DNA of 60,338 nt, the filler included, from Basidioascus undulatus (Eukaryota): the NCBI GenBank assembly GCA_000826855.1. It is 5 parts of 5 records of this genome, joined end to end, with 100 filler letters (N's around TTAATTAATTAA, not from the genome) between each part and the next. Parts side by side here need not be neighbours in the genome. Positions count along the whole stretch, not along the records: positions 12,112 to 24,120 come from JTLS01000961.1; 4 more parts are not named here. The stretch is one strand, 5' to 3'. Position 1 is the stretch's first letter, and every line of letters starts with the position of its first letter. The notes under the pieces are model-generated. The model was not told where the DNA came from, searched no databases, and saw only the letters and a program-made list of their open reading frames with translations. A program made the translations under genes and the position numbers. Below, in pieces: positions 12,112 to 24,220 of the stretch.

Positions 12112-12926
12112 TGATGCTGGGTGAAACAGCCTCTAGTGCAGATCTTGGTGGTAGTAGCAAATATTCAAGTGAGAACTTGAAGACCGAAGTGGAGAAAGGT
12201 TCCATGGTAACAGCAGTTGGACATGAGTTCGTCTGGCCGTCACTGCTGTGCTCGGAACTCATGTGGCTGAAGGACGCTGGTGGTGGTTTGAGCTGAAAAA
12301 GCGAGTCAGTGAACAGAGAGTATTAACGACGGGGCAAGGGGGCAGGGGAGGAAACGTTGGACGGCTCGCGGTCAACTTGCACCGTTCTGGACCTGGAAAC
12401 AAGGCCTGAAGGAATCTTCATCCGATTATTGGTTTCACATGAAGACTATGAAAGACCATCTGAGCAGTGGTAATTCCCAGCCGACGTGCAGCTTTGCAAA
12501 AGCACTACACCTCGCTTGTTTTCGGATTGCGAGGGTCGCGTGAGTATTGGACGCGCCGCCTCTAGATCACTGGAAGATAAAGGGATAAATGCTAGTCTTC
12601 TAAGACATGTAAGGAGACCGAGTATCAGTGCACAGTTATCCAAAGTGCCCGAGGCGATCAGCGGGACGTTCCCCGCCACTCCATGTCTCCTCCAGTCTTC
12701 GGATACCGTGTCCACCAGAAAAGTTCTTGCTCGGCCCAGTTCTACTTAAGAGCGTGTTTTTGTAAGGACGATGCAAGCCGGGAGATGCACGGATACGAAA
12801 GAGTGGCCGTAATGGCGTGCATCATGAATAATGCCATCGCGCAACGGCCTTTTTGTGCTCCGTCCTGCGTCAGCAACCACCGGCACAGCGGTCCAGCTGC
12901 CGAAGTACCTCCCCCTGTGCCTCCGC

Positions 12927-15900
12927 TCACAAACCCCCTTCCCTCCACCCTGCCGATTGCGTACTTCCTCCGCCTATCCGCCCGCCACCCTCCGCTACGC
13001 CTGCCCACCCAAACTCGCGCACGACGCGCTCCGCCGCAGCCGTCTCGAGCTCCGTCCCGTCCCTGCTGACCTTGACCGGTCGATGGGCGTTCCACGCATT
13101 GGTGACGCCGCGGAGCTTGGAGAACGGGACCTGGACGGTCGAGAGCCACTCGACCTGGAAGGGCTGGCCGAACACGCGAGGCTCCTTGGGCGCGACCTGC
13201 TGCTCCTCCTGGGACAGATGAGGAGGGGCTGAGGGGGAGCCGGGAGCGGGGAGTTCGAAGGGAGGGGGAAGGCGGGGGACGCGGCCGGACGGAGGCGGGG
13301 TGGCGGTTGGCGTGGGGAGATTGCTCATCGGTGACGGACTGCGAAGATGACGAGATATCGAGGCGGGGAGGTAAACCCTTGGCGGAAGGGCGGCGGGGGC
13401 GGAGACGTTGTCGGGTGGTCGTTGTGCGCGTTCGCCTTCATGCTCGTCGTGCTCCTCATCCGCTGTCCCGCCGCGCACAGGCTGCAGCTTGCCCGGCGCG
13501 GACACAGTTCCGCGCAGGTCCCACTGCGGCGGATGCGCCGCACCCTCACCCGAACGCGACTCAGTACGCGCCTCATCGTCCTTGGGCGTGCGCTCCTGCG
13601 GCTGCTGCGGAGGGGAATGGGTAGCGTGCCCCGGGTCCGCAGTGGGCGCGGGCTGGACGTCTGCCTGCCCTCCGCCGGTCGCGACGGATGGGGTGGCAGT
13701 GTGGCTGCCAAGGCTGGGCGTGCGCAGAGCGGAGGGCGAGGGCGGGCTGGTGAGCGTCGACTCGTGCGGGGACGCTTGGTGCTCGGGAGGCGGGAGCGGG
13801 CGGTCGCGCGAGGTGGGCGAGGAGCGGGCGTGCAGGGATGGGGAAGAAGGGGAGACTTGACGGAGGCCCAGGGCTTCGGCGGGGGTAGCGAGCCCGTGCT
13901 GCGTCGAGGGCGACTGGGGAGCGGGGGACTGAGGTATTCGCCCGGCCATTTTCTGCACCGGGAAAGCATTGGTTTAGTCAAGCGCTGGGGCATGTAGAGA
14001 AGGAGAAAATGACACACGCTCAATCCGTAGAAGCCCCGCTGTTTGTTGGGCGACATCAAGAGCAGGACGAGGTCCGAGGAGTCGAACGCGGCGTTGAGGG
14101 CCGACTCGTTGCGCGGCTGCGTCGACCACAGGCCGCTCGCGACCGAGGCATCGAGGTCGCTCTGATAAGCAGAAAGTCAGTACGACAATCATCAGTACCA
14201 GGTTATTACGCTGCGGACGCACCCGAGTCAAAGCTTTCAGAATGAAATAGCGCACGCGCCTCCCGGCGCCCTGGTGCGTGCAGAGCACGCTCGGCTCGTC
14301 CGAGGCCGGGATGCTTGTGGCCGATGAACTCGGCTCGTTCTATCAAGAAGGTTGAGGCGTGATCAGAATCAGAGTCAATTGAGGAGATGAGTCCCAGCAA
14401 AGAGTCTTACAGCACTCGGCTGCACTTCAGCTGCCGCCGCAGACTTCGCCGCCGTCCTCAGACGGATCTTGAGCTTCTTCCCTCCGATCTCGAGCCCTGC
14501 AAGCCGGCCAACAGCCGCCGCGGCCTCATCCGGGCTCGCGAAGCTCGCGAAAGCGCAGTGCGTGCGCTCGATGACAGTCGGCTCGGCGATGGGCTCGCAG
14601 CCGCGGCTGCGTATCGCGGCAGCCAGAAGGGGGGGCGACGTTCGCGCGGGGAGCGAGCCGATCCAGATCGTCACGGATGCGGGAGGGTGTGGGGAGGGCG
14701 GGAGCGGCGCGGGAGGAGTTGGCGCTCTAATGGTGGTGGAGAAGAGAGGGGCGGGGCGGTATGAGGATGAGGATGAGGATGAGGTGAGGGGCGGCGGCGC
14801 AATGGGGGTCGGCGGGTGGAGGTGCGGATGCCGATCCCTCTCGAGTCCAGCGCCGTACGCGGGAGAGTGAGCACTGCCGGTGCGGAGTAGTGAAGCGGCC
14901 GTCGGGGGAGGGAGGAAGGACTGAGGCGAAGTAGCGAAGCAGTGTGTAGGCGGCGGCGGCGGCGTGTGGGTGTAAGGAGATGGGGAAAGCGAAGACAAGG
15001 GCGGGCTCGGGTACGGCGGGCTCGGCGCCGGCGGCAGGGTGAGCACCGCAGCGTTGAACGCGCTAGTGCTCGCCTGCCGTTGCAACTGCCCCGGCGACCC
15101 CGGGAGCGCTGTGTGAGCTCCTCCCAATACCCCGCGACTGGTCCCGCCTCGAAGATGCGAGGCAGAAAGCAGCGACGCGGGGGGTCGGGGCCCAGGGCCC
15201 GAATACTCGGGCCTGTGATCGGCCATCGCAAAATGGTGCCTCGGTGGAGTGTTCGCGAACGAGGGTGCGCGTAGAGGTGGACTGGGTGCGGAGATGTTGG
15301 AGAGGGAGAGAGAGTCGAAGACCGAGAGCAGAAGAGACGTGGAGCGTGCGGATGTGGTTGGGAGGGGTGGGGTAGGCGACTGGAGAGCCGTGAACGATGC
15401 CGACGGCCATGAGGGTGCGCGTTCTGTTCGACTCGAGAGAACGTCTCCCGAAGTATTCGTGAAAGGAAAGGATGCGGATACAGGCGGGGGATCGAAAGCT
15501 GAGGGTGAAGACCGCCGACTTGTTGAGGGCGGCGTCGACAAGGCCGTTGGAAACGGCGAAAGCGAAGATGGGGATAGTGCTGCAAGAGGGATACGCATTG
15601 CCAGTACATCAGTGGCACTGGCACGACACAATGTACAAGGTTATGTCCCTTCAAACAAAGTCGCCAAAGGCAGAGTGATGGACGGCCCGATGCCGTGCGT
15701 ACGCACTGTCGTGACACAGCGAAAACGCCCCTTGCAGCCTCCGGAAGGCATGAAAAGAATCCATCGCCCTCCAACATCCCCACAGTCCTGACACCCAAGA
15801 CCTCGGGTTGCGATACATTGAAGGAAGTTGAGAAAAGTTGGGCACTCACAAAGCAAGTCCGGACGCAACCCGCCGGCAGAAGACGCAGAAGGCAGTGGCA

Positions 15901-15928
15901 GCGCCGGCGCTGCAGGGTGTGCGCTCAT
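12927..15928 (-). CDS. RRM + YTH-domain RNA-binding protein; YTH split by a long low-complexity insert
   Basis: RRM: TIWIGSLP...HCAFASF...GKKLKIRL. YTH: RYFILKA|..GLWSTQPRNESALNAAF..VLLLMSPNKQRGFYG..KMAGRI ... FGQPFQVEWL..VPF..N.WN..RPVKVSRDGTELE. Start uncertain: 15928 via a phase-1 intron, or 15226. Confidence 0.85.
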
Positions 15929-18336
15929 GTCAGCGGGCAAGGTCCTGATTGTGGATCTGCCGCGTTTACGGCAGTATATTCCACCAAAAGACGGCGCGAG
16001 GACTGATAAATCTCTCGGCTGCACATCGAAATTCCGAGCTCCACCAGAAACCGCATCGCATCGTGCCCTCTGAAGCACAGTGGAACTACAAGCACGCACC
16101 TGCAAACTCCCGCCGCGATTGGTACGGCTGATGTCGAGGCTGATGGAAAGCGGAATGATATTGCTCGAGCTCAGCGACAGAGTCGTGATGAGTGTCAGTT
16201 GGAGACCCGCGTCGGTGCATCTGCAGCGCGCAGGGGGCTGCAGGTCGAGCGTGCGGGTGGAAGCAGTCCAAGGTGGGTGCAGAGGAAGACGGTCGTCTGC
16301 GTCTGGCTGGGATGATGGAGGACGGTCAGCAAGGAGGAAGAGTTCGTAGAGTTTCGTAACGCGTGTCAACAACAGCATCAACATCAGGCAAGCGGAATCC
16401 ACGGCCACGGTATGCGATAACATTCGCTGCGTTGTTCCACAAGATGCCGCCGTGTCATGGTTACACGAAATCTCGGGCGACCGCGCACACCTTGTCCATC
16501 TCTTCTCCTTGAAGTCTTCTGAAAAGAGCACGCGGATATATTGATGGGAGGGGTACTCACGTCCCAGGCTGAGCTTGAAAGGAAGATTACTGTTGCTTCC
16601 GCGTATGCCACAGGCGGGGTCGGGACTGGGTTGCGGTTGCTATGAGCAGGTGAACATCAGCACGTAGATCTTGCATAGATCACTCGAGGAAGATATTGAA
16701 ACTCAGTTGCTTACAGTATTCGCTCGCTCAAGCAGACCTGCAGGCAGGGGATGCGACACTCACTGAGCAGACCCCAGATCCCCCTCGAGGTCAGCGACTC
16801 TCGTGCTTCTGCGGTAAGGCAAATCCCGAGGAGGGCGCGCCTGGGAGGCAGCAACTAAGTGCGACTTACCGCCGTGTGTTGTGTGGGGGGATGCCTGTAC
16901 AGCGGCGAAACCGCCAGGGTGGGTTGTAGAGTGGACGGGGGAGATGTTTGTTTCGCGTATGTGTTGGTTAAGTAGATGGGTGGGAAGCTCGAACCGTCAG
17001 GGTGGTTGGTGGCCCTGCGACCTCGAGGCTTTTCCAAACAAGGGAAGGCGTTTCGTGGGAGGAGGGAACAGTCCAGGCCGGGGATGCCATCCAAATCGTA
17101 TTCAGCGCTCGTGCAAAGTTATATGCGCGATTGACAAGACCGAAAGGACCGCTAGGTACAAGAGAAACAGGAGAAGCAAGCGACACGCAGTGTTAAATCA
17201 TAAGCCCCGGATGCAAATTATTTACATCCGGGCCGATAGAGTTCCATCGATCTTCGTCGTTCGGCGATAATATTCCCTTAAAGTTCGTCTTATCTGATTA
17301 TTTTCTTCTTGCCAGTTTCCTTCATTCTCAACCCATCGAGCACAGTGAAAATGTACGCAGCACGCTCTCAGCTGGATTTCCCATGTGAGAAGTCCAGCTT
17401 GTTCGGCACTAGGCATTCATTACAGCCTACAGTAGCCTTCGCTGCGGTCACTTGCATTACTGTATTCTCCCTTCAAACATTTACCGTGGCTTACATTGCG
17501 CCCTGTTTAGCAGGCATGTGAAGCGAGCCAGTTCTAGATCCGACTTGTTCTGGCCAAGAGACTGCCAAAGCCCTGGCGCTTCCGCCTGCTTGCAACTGCG
17601 TCGGCCCTCCCGCCATGGCGGTGTGCCTTGCACAGGCTTTTCCTTGTGGCTGGAACTGGAACAAGTTCTTGTCAAGGGTTATGCTGAGCAGCTCGCGGGA
17701 GCCGCTTGGTGCGTCTTGATTACTCACTGGAGAAATGTGGCGGTTGCGTGCAGCGCTGCGGACTGCATGTGAAAAAGCTCATATTGGCTGCGGGTGTGTG
17801 CTTCTCACAACCACCGCGTATCACGGCGAAGCTTCCAATGCTCCCCAAGTTTTATCTTCTGTTGAGTTAAACGCAGAAGGCACGGCGAGAAGGTGTGTTG
17901 CCTTGTTGGTGCAGTGCATCAGAAGCCATCGGGAGCACATTAACCATTGGCGATCCAGCAGCTGAGACCACCGCATATAGAATTATTGTTCATAGCGACT
18001 ACTGGTTTGAACGTCCACCGTCAAAAGTTCACATTTCGCAGGCTGTGCTCGGTTGTACGGCGCTGTCTACGTGCGTGCATTCAACGTGCCAGTTCCGTGG
18101 CGAAAGACTCAATCAGTAAGCCACCTCAAAGGAGAGCAACACATAATTGAAACAAGGTAGGACGAATCATGGTAAGGAGGCGATGTAACAGACAGTGTGA
18201 TCGTGGACGGCAAGCCTGCCGGTCCATCACCGCCGCTGCTACCCTGCGATGCCCAGGACGCCAATGTGGGTATAAAAGGCCGCCTGGACGGTCTTCGAAC
18301 CTCTCCCGTCCCAAAGAAATCTAAGAAATTCAACGA

Positions 18337-18911
18337 TTGTCTGTTTTAACTTCTTCAACTCACTCACTTCCACCCCCTCCGCGACGTGCACGGGTTGCTA
18401 TCGTGACCGGTGCCGCTCAAGGCATTGGCCGCGCCATAGCCAAACACCTCTGGCTTCCACGTCGGTCTCTGCAACTTCCCCTACAAAGAAGGTTAACTGC
18501 AGATCCTTCTCCAGAAGATCGAGGCGAAGGGCGGAACGGCGGTCGTCCCGGCGGATGTTCGCAACAAGGAGCAGGTGGACGGGATGGTCAAGGCGACTAT
18601 CGAGAAACTTAGTGGCCTTGATGGTAAGATTTTTTGTTTCCTTTAGAGCTGAATTCTTCGATCTAACCATGGCCACACGGGCAACGGCAGTCATGGTCGC
18701 CAACGCGGATCTTTGAGGCACAACCCTTTTTGGATACTACGCCGGAGAGCCTGAAGCAGACGTATGTCGTTCAATGAACTGTGAAAGGCCGTAAAACTAG
18801 AAAACTGAAATGTTGACTACAGTCTGTACACAAACCTAATCGGAATGCTGCTCTGCTATCAGGCGACTGCGAGGCAGATGATCGCTCAAGGCACAGGCGG
18901 CAAGCTCGTCG
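18337..18911 (+). pseudogene. Short-chain dehydrogenase (acetoin/diacetyl reductase-like) pseudogene, 3'-truncated
   Basis: VAIVTGAAQGIGRAIA, ADVRNKEQVDGMV...GLD|VMVANA, ARQMIAQGTGGKLV. Frameshift near 18450, TAA at 18494-18496, no intact ATG; TATAAAAG at 18271. Confidence 0.85.
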
Positions 18912-19727
18912 GTAAGTCGAGGTTCGGGTTTTCTCCGTTTGATTTTGCTAAAGATACCGCGTCCCCTCCCAACTGACTAGGTTCCTTGACTTTCTGTGCG
19001 AGCCGAGCTGTTCTGGCTTTTCCCCATACCCTTCAGTGAACAAACGGAAAGGAATTTTGTTCAAGAAGCCCAGCATGACTTACCGTCCATGCCTCGGCAA
19101 TGGCAAGATTTGAACCATGAATTCGGCGTAGACTCAGCGTAAGGCTGCACCAGCCAGAATAAAAGAAGATATCATGGCTGCTTCAACCCAGTTACTACTG
19201 AATGCAGCCCCTCTCACTGTATTCAAAGCTCAAGAAGCACAACCGGCTGGGTCTTTGCGGTTCAACGCCCAAACCTCGTGAGGTGTAGCTGCCTCGACTG
19301 ACCGCACGCAGCCGAGTACCAGGTCGGCGCAACAAAGCGCAACAGTTTCCTTTCGGAATGGCGAACCGGGAGGACCGAGGCTTTTAAACAGAGTTCAATT
19401 TCCTAGACACAGGCGGCTGGAGCAAATGTAATTTCTCTGGTGGCTTACTGATAGCACCGCTGTGCCAGTGCACTGAGTGCCTCAACAATACATCTGATTG
19501 ATACCGTCAGCGTAGTTCCCTTCTGTTTTCAATCTCAATCATCTCATTCGCATGGTATTATCACTTGGAGCTTGTTAATTTTCAAATGGTCGGACGTTTG
19601 GCAGCTCGCCGTCAATTCGCTCTCCTGTTCCCTTTTGTCACCTCGCTCTTCCGTTCCCTCCCAGTCCCGCGCTGCTCGCTTGACTTCCCTTGCACCCTCA
19701 TTGCGCATCGCACCATCCACACACACC

Positions 19728-20527
19728 ATGCTCATCAACACACGGTTCTCCACCATCCACCGCCTCTCCAACTCTGCGAACCTACACAACGCCCTCTAGT
19801 ATCCCTCTAATCCCGCCTTCCGCCTTCGTCGGTACCCACAAGCTCGCGGACGCCATCGCGGCGGGAATCCACCCGTCTCCCGCTTACCGCAAGCGCTGCC
19901 TCACCCCGATACGCCAAGGTGTTCGCGTCTACGCCCAGTATGCCGCATGTCGACATATTCGGGAACGGCTGGCGCTACCGCAGCCTCATCGATGGGAATG
20001 GAATGGGGGATGGACGAGAGTCCTGGAGGGCTGAGACTGACGACGAAGTCGTCAGAAGGCGCTATGCTCTCGCAGAAGCGGAGGGTATCATCTACAACCG
20101 CATACACCTCGCAGACGACTCGGGCATGGACGCCGCGTCCTATTTCGCATAGTTCGGCCCCTGCTACATCTTCAACCCTACAATGCAGACCCCTCCCCAA
20201 TCTCCGCGACTATCGCCGTTCGCGCGAGGAGATCGATCCCGTCGTCTGCAAGCTTCTTGGCGGGGTGGCGGACGGGAGGAGCACGTTCTTCGGGGACGAG
20301 GGATGGATGTTTGCTGGGTTGTGTAGGGTAGGGGAGGAGCGAGGTCTCGAGGACGAGCCATACCCCTGGCCGATGAACGCTGGAAAGGACCTCAAGAGGC
20401 GGGGGCACAGGTTCGGGAAGGGCAGGCTTGCTGTGGCAGCGCGGGCTTCCAAGGGCCAGCTGTGGAAGGAGAAGCGGATGAGGGAAGAAGCGGAGGGGAT
20501 CGCCAAGCCGCTGGAGCTGGTGAAGGT
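19728..20527 (+). pseudogene. Frameshifted orphan coding relic
   Basis: Protein-like, GC-rich segments in alternating frames (HKLADAIAAGIHPSP / DIFGNGWRYRSLIDG..YNRIHLADD..YFA* / REEIDPVVCKLLGG..EPYPWPMNAG), ending at a GTAAGT donor. Confidence 0.45.
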
Positions 20528-20799
20528 AAGTCCCATTTTTTCCCCTAGAATCTTGGGGTCCTCACAGGTTGGCCGAATATAGTATGCATAACACGGCGGC
20601 GCTGCGACACCGACATCGTCCTTTTGCCAAAGCTGCCTCTGTCGATGTTGCCTCATGGGCTACGTTAACCTTGCCTCAATGTAAGCTGTCAAGTTTGAGG
20701 CAAGCGTGTGATAGACTACATTTAAATACGTTGCAAAGGCCAACTCTTCGGCTTGTAGTCCGTGGATGGTCCTGCTCTTCTTGCCTAGACGCTTGACCT

Positions 20800-22250
20800 C
20801 CAGGTAGTTTCTGCACACTCCACCATTGAATGGACGTCCATTGCTCCCTGGGACTGTGAAACGTGTAAGACCAGTCACGACATGGTCATCCTAGTCTGAA
20901 GGCTTCAAAAATTTTCCGCCTTTTCCCGTGAAGAAGATGTGCCGTGCATCGAGTGATGCCAGCTCTGTCTCAAACCTGGGAAATCCAAAGCTTCAGACAT
21001 CTTATTTTACTTGTCACTGTGAAACTGAGCCTCAGCTCAGTCGAAAATTTGAGTCGAAAATTGAGGCCATAGGTGTTGTTGACTGCCGGCAAGTGAGCAG
21101 CCCAAACGATGGCACACCATGCCTTTCACAGTATTGTCTATTCTATACACGTTTCTTTTCGGAGGAAATAATGGAGTGCTAAAAGCATACAAATGGTTAC
21201 AGTTCCCTGCGAAACAGGAACGAGTACCCTGAGGCGTTGCGAAGCGTCTGACCCTTCGCTGCCAGGTCTGGAATATCCTCCTGCATTCAGTCGAAAGACA
21301 CGCAGGTTGAACAGGTGCGATGTTTCCTTTTTCCCCTTGAGAAATGGGGTAAGTGAGAAGGCGCCCATGTGGTGCTCAAAGCTTGCTGGCATCGAGAGTT
21401 GTTCGCAGACTCCTGCCCGCGCAAGGTAAAGCTAAGCCTTCTTGCAGGCCTACCTCCGAAAAGAAAGCAGCATAAATTGTCGTCTTATACTTGTACGATG
21501 CTGGGTATTTTGCCTGAGAGGACAATGGGACTACATCGTAATCGGGATAGACTGTGAGGACAAACCTTTCACTGCGTGCACCGACTCTGAATACGGGAGG
21601 AATTGTCCGAGTGCACAAGCGATCGAAGAGTATTGCAGAGAGCTTCATGTCAATTAGCCACCGGCCTTAGATATTCCCTTCCAGGCTGACAAGGGCTTTG
21701 ACAGCAGGTGGGAAGATGCGGCAGGAAGTCATTACTGCGGCAGACGCTCTCTTCGGGGTTTTGCAACGAGCACCACACTTATGTAAGTTGCGGCAGTACC
21801 GTAACAAAACTTGGATCATCCGTTGTATGGACCCCACTGTGCTGCACCCAGCTGCTGATACCTTGAAAGCAGCGTATGCAACGGCAGCGCCCCGCGCTGC
21901 AGATGTTCCAGCCTCCTCAAGCGCTATATTAAAGACAGGTTGGGTCAAAGCACACTTATCCCTAAACCCCAATTAATACCCAGGTTAACGTGTACAGTGG
22001 ATGCTGAAAGCAGTCCGTGTTCAAGGCCCGTTGTTCCGCGTCGCACCTGTTCTGACACTGCATGCACCCATCAACGAAGTCTGACACGTTGGTATATTTC
22101 GCGCTTCGCTCCCGATAAGTTTCTCAGCCGTTCTCCCAGCAATAGTAGGGCATGCTGACCGGACAATGTTCATATCCACAGGTTGACACATCTGCATACC
22201 AAGACCGTTTCGGCTGCGCTCCTTGTGAGGGTTCGCTCAATCCCGGTGTA
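20800..22250 (-). mobile_element. Highly decayed non-LTR retrotransposon (L1/Tx1-like) ORF2 remnant
   Basis: Degenerate motifs in the expected order: HGLLSASTVHVNLGI/GFRDKCALTQPVFNIALE (GxRQGCPLSPxLFNIALE), AVAYAA (AYADD), KYPAS (KYLG), GRSLRTTLDASKL* (GRxxxxNxLxxSKLW), HSMVECA (C-terminal Cys/His knuckle). Confidence 0.5.
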
Positions 22251-22629
22251 GACATTCTAGGCAGAAATGGTCTATACAAGCTTTTGGGGCAATGCAATCT
22301 ATAAGCCGAGTTGGCGTTGCAGCCCTGGAAGGCACTGCCCCGCTACATGCAATCCAGCCTGTCTGCGCGACCGGTACCCGCCCCCCTGCCTAACTTCCAA
22401 TTCACTTGTTTGATATTGTTACCTGTGAATGGCCTGCTGGTATCGATCCCGGACAAAATTCAGACAACAACGCGAAAGTGTGGAAGACTAAGTCGTCCCC
22501 TGCCTATCCGCGGCCGACCCGCAGACACTTCCGGCGGTCCGAACGTCGAACGTCATAGCTCACGCTCCCCCTCAACACTCACACTCACCGCCTCCTATAC
22601 ACATCTCGCTTCCATCCTTACAGGCATCG

Positions 22630-24079
22630 ATGCCGTACGAGCTGGAGGTGGAAGACCCATGGCGGACCGAGCCTCTCCCTCCCGTATCTCTCAAGCCGCC
22701 GTCCCCATCCCCGCCGCCGCCGTCCCCACCTCCAGAACCAGCCTCTCCCTCACCCCTGCCAGCGCCGGAGCAGCCGAGCACGGACCTGGCGCGGGAGGGC
22801 GTCGCTACCCGGAGGATGTCGGAGGGAGGCCGAGAGGCAGGTGTGAGAAGGGATGAGGGGGCGGGGCTACTGCTCGCTACTATGCTTGTGGACTTTCACC
22901 ATAATGTGAGTTTCAAGCTCGGGAGGCTGGATGAGCTGGAAAGAGATGGGCCTGGCTGCTCGATGGGATACCTGCTGGCTTTCTTCAGAATAAGCTGTCT
23001 TGAATCTCTTCCAATGAGCCACAATGGCTGCCCAGCGTATGCATCTGACCCCCGTCCCCCCTCCCGCAGCTGGGCCCAATAATCGAGTTCTCCTACCCCC
23101 CGTCATTCCTCACGGCCCAAGACACGCCTTTCACGCGCCTCCTACCCTTCCTCGCCCTCCCGGACGGCGCACACCTCACAGAGGAGGACTACTCGTACTT
23201 CCACCTCCCCGACCCGCGCGAGGGCGAGCGGGGGACCGTGTTTGGGATCTCGTCCGTCGTTCCTCCTCCTTCCCAACCACACCACCTTCTTCGTTTCCTC
23301 CGTCCCTCGCAACCTAGCCATTCGCGATCGCTGAGTTGGGGATGGCTGGGGGATTGGCGGGCAGATGTAATCGACAACTGCCTGCAAGCGAGCTCCTGGA
23401 GAAGGGGAAGGACGTGACGCGGAGTACGGTGCAAAAGGCGCTTGTGATCCTGGCAAAGAAGGTGCGCTTCGCTTCCCCCACCCTGCCATCTCCTCCCGCT
23501 CAACCCACCTCCCACAGCCAATCTTCGGTCCAATACGGTCTGCCACCCTCTTCTCCTCTCCCCAGCCCGCACCGCTCATGCTCCTTACGCTGGCATGGCA
23601 GAGACAAACTCGGCATCATCACGCGCGCGTTCTTCTCGCAGCGGTGCGCCCTCCCTTCCAATCCGCCTCTCCTTCTCCCTCACATTCTTAACACAGTTCG
23701 TGACCGTGCAGGAACTTCACCGAGACGGATCTCCTCGTGCAGTTCCACCAGTCGCTCGACATGTCCCTGCGCGGGCATGGGGACGATAGCGCGCTGTACA
23801 TGGGTGCGTCCCTTTCCCCTCTTCCTCCATCTCCTACCTCACCTTCCCTCTCCCCTCTTTCCATCTACCCTCTTTACTCCTCACTCTTCCCTCTCCCTCC
23901 TCACCTCTCCCCACCTACCACCTTTCAACCCTCCCTCTCCTTCGTCCTCCGCCCTTCCCTGATCCCTTGCTCAACCCCCCAACCCCTCACACCGACCAGG
24001 CACATCTCTCCGCGAGCTAGTCTACAAGTTCCGACACAAGACACTCATCCTTCTCAAGCTCCTACTCCTCCAAAAACGC
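22630..24079 (+). CDS. AVL9: Late secretory pathway protein Avl9 (DENN-related), 5' part; truncated by contig end
   Basis: VDFHHN|LGPIIEF, LPFLALPDGAHLTEEDYSYFHL, TVFGIS|CNRQL..DVTRSTVQKALV, DKLGIITRAFFSQ, LYMGTSLRELVYKFRHKTLILLKLLLLQKR. Confidence 0.92.
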
Positions 24080-24120
24080 GTTTGTCTCCCATTAACCCCC
24101 TTCCCTTCAACCACCATCAT

Positions 24121-24220
24121 NNNNNNNNNNNNNNNNNNNNNNNNNNNNNNNNNNNNNNNNNNNNTTAATTAATTAANNNNNNNNNNNNNNNNNNNNNNNN
24201 NNNNNNNNNNNNNNNNNNNN
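24121..24220. other. Artificial contig-joining spacer
   Basis: N44-TTAATTAATTAA-N44. Confidence 0.98.

Noticed and set aside
13307..15849. Many long overlapping and antisense ORFs (also across Mit1 and RPO41)
   Set aside because: Expected shadow ORFs of GC-rich coding DNA; the translations are low-complexity R/G/P/A with no motifs.
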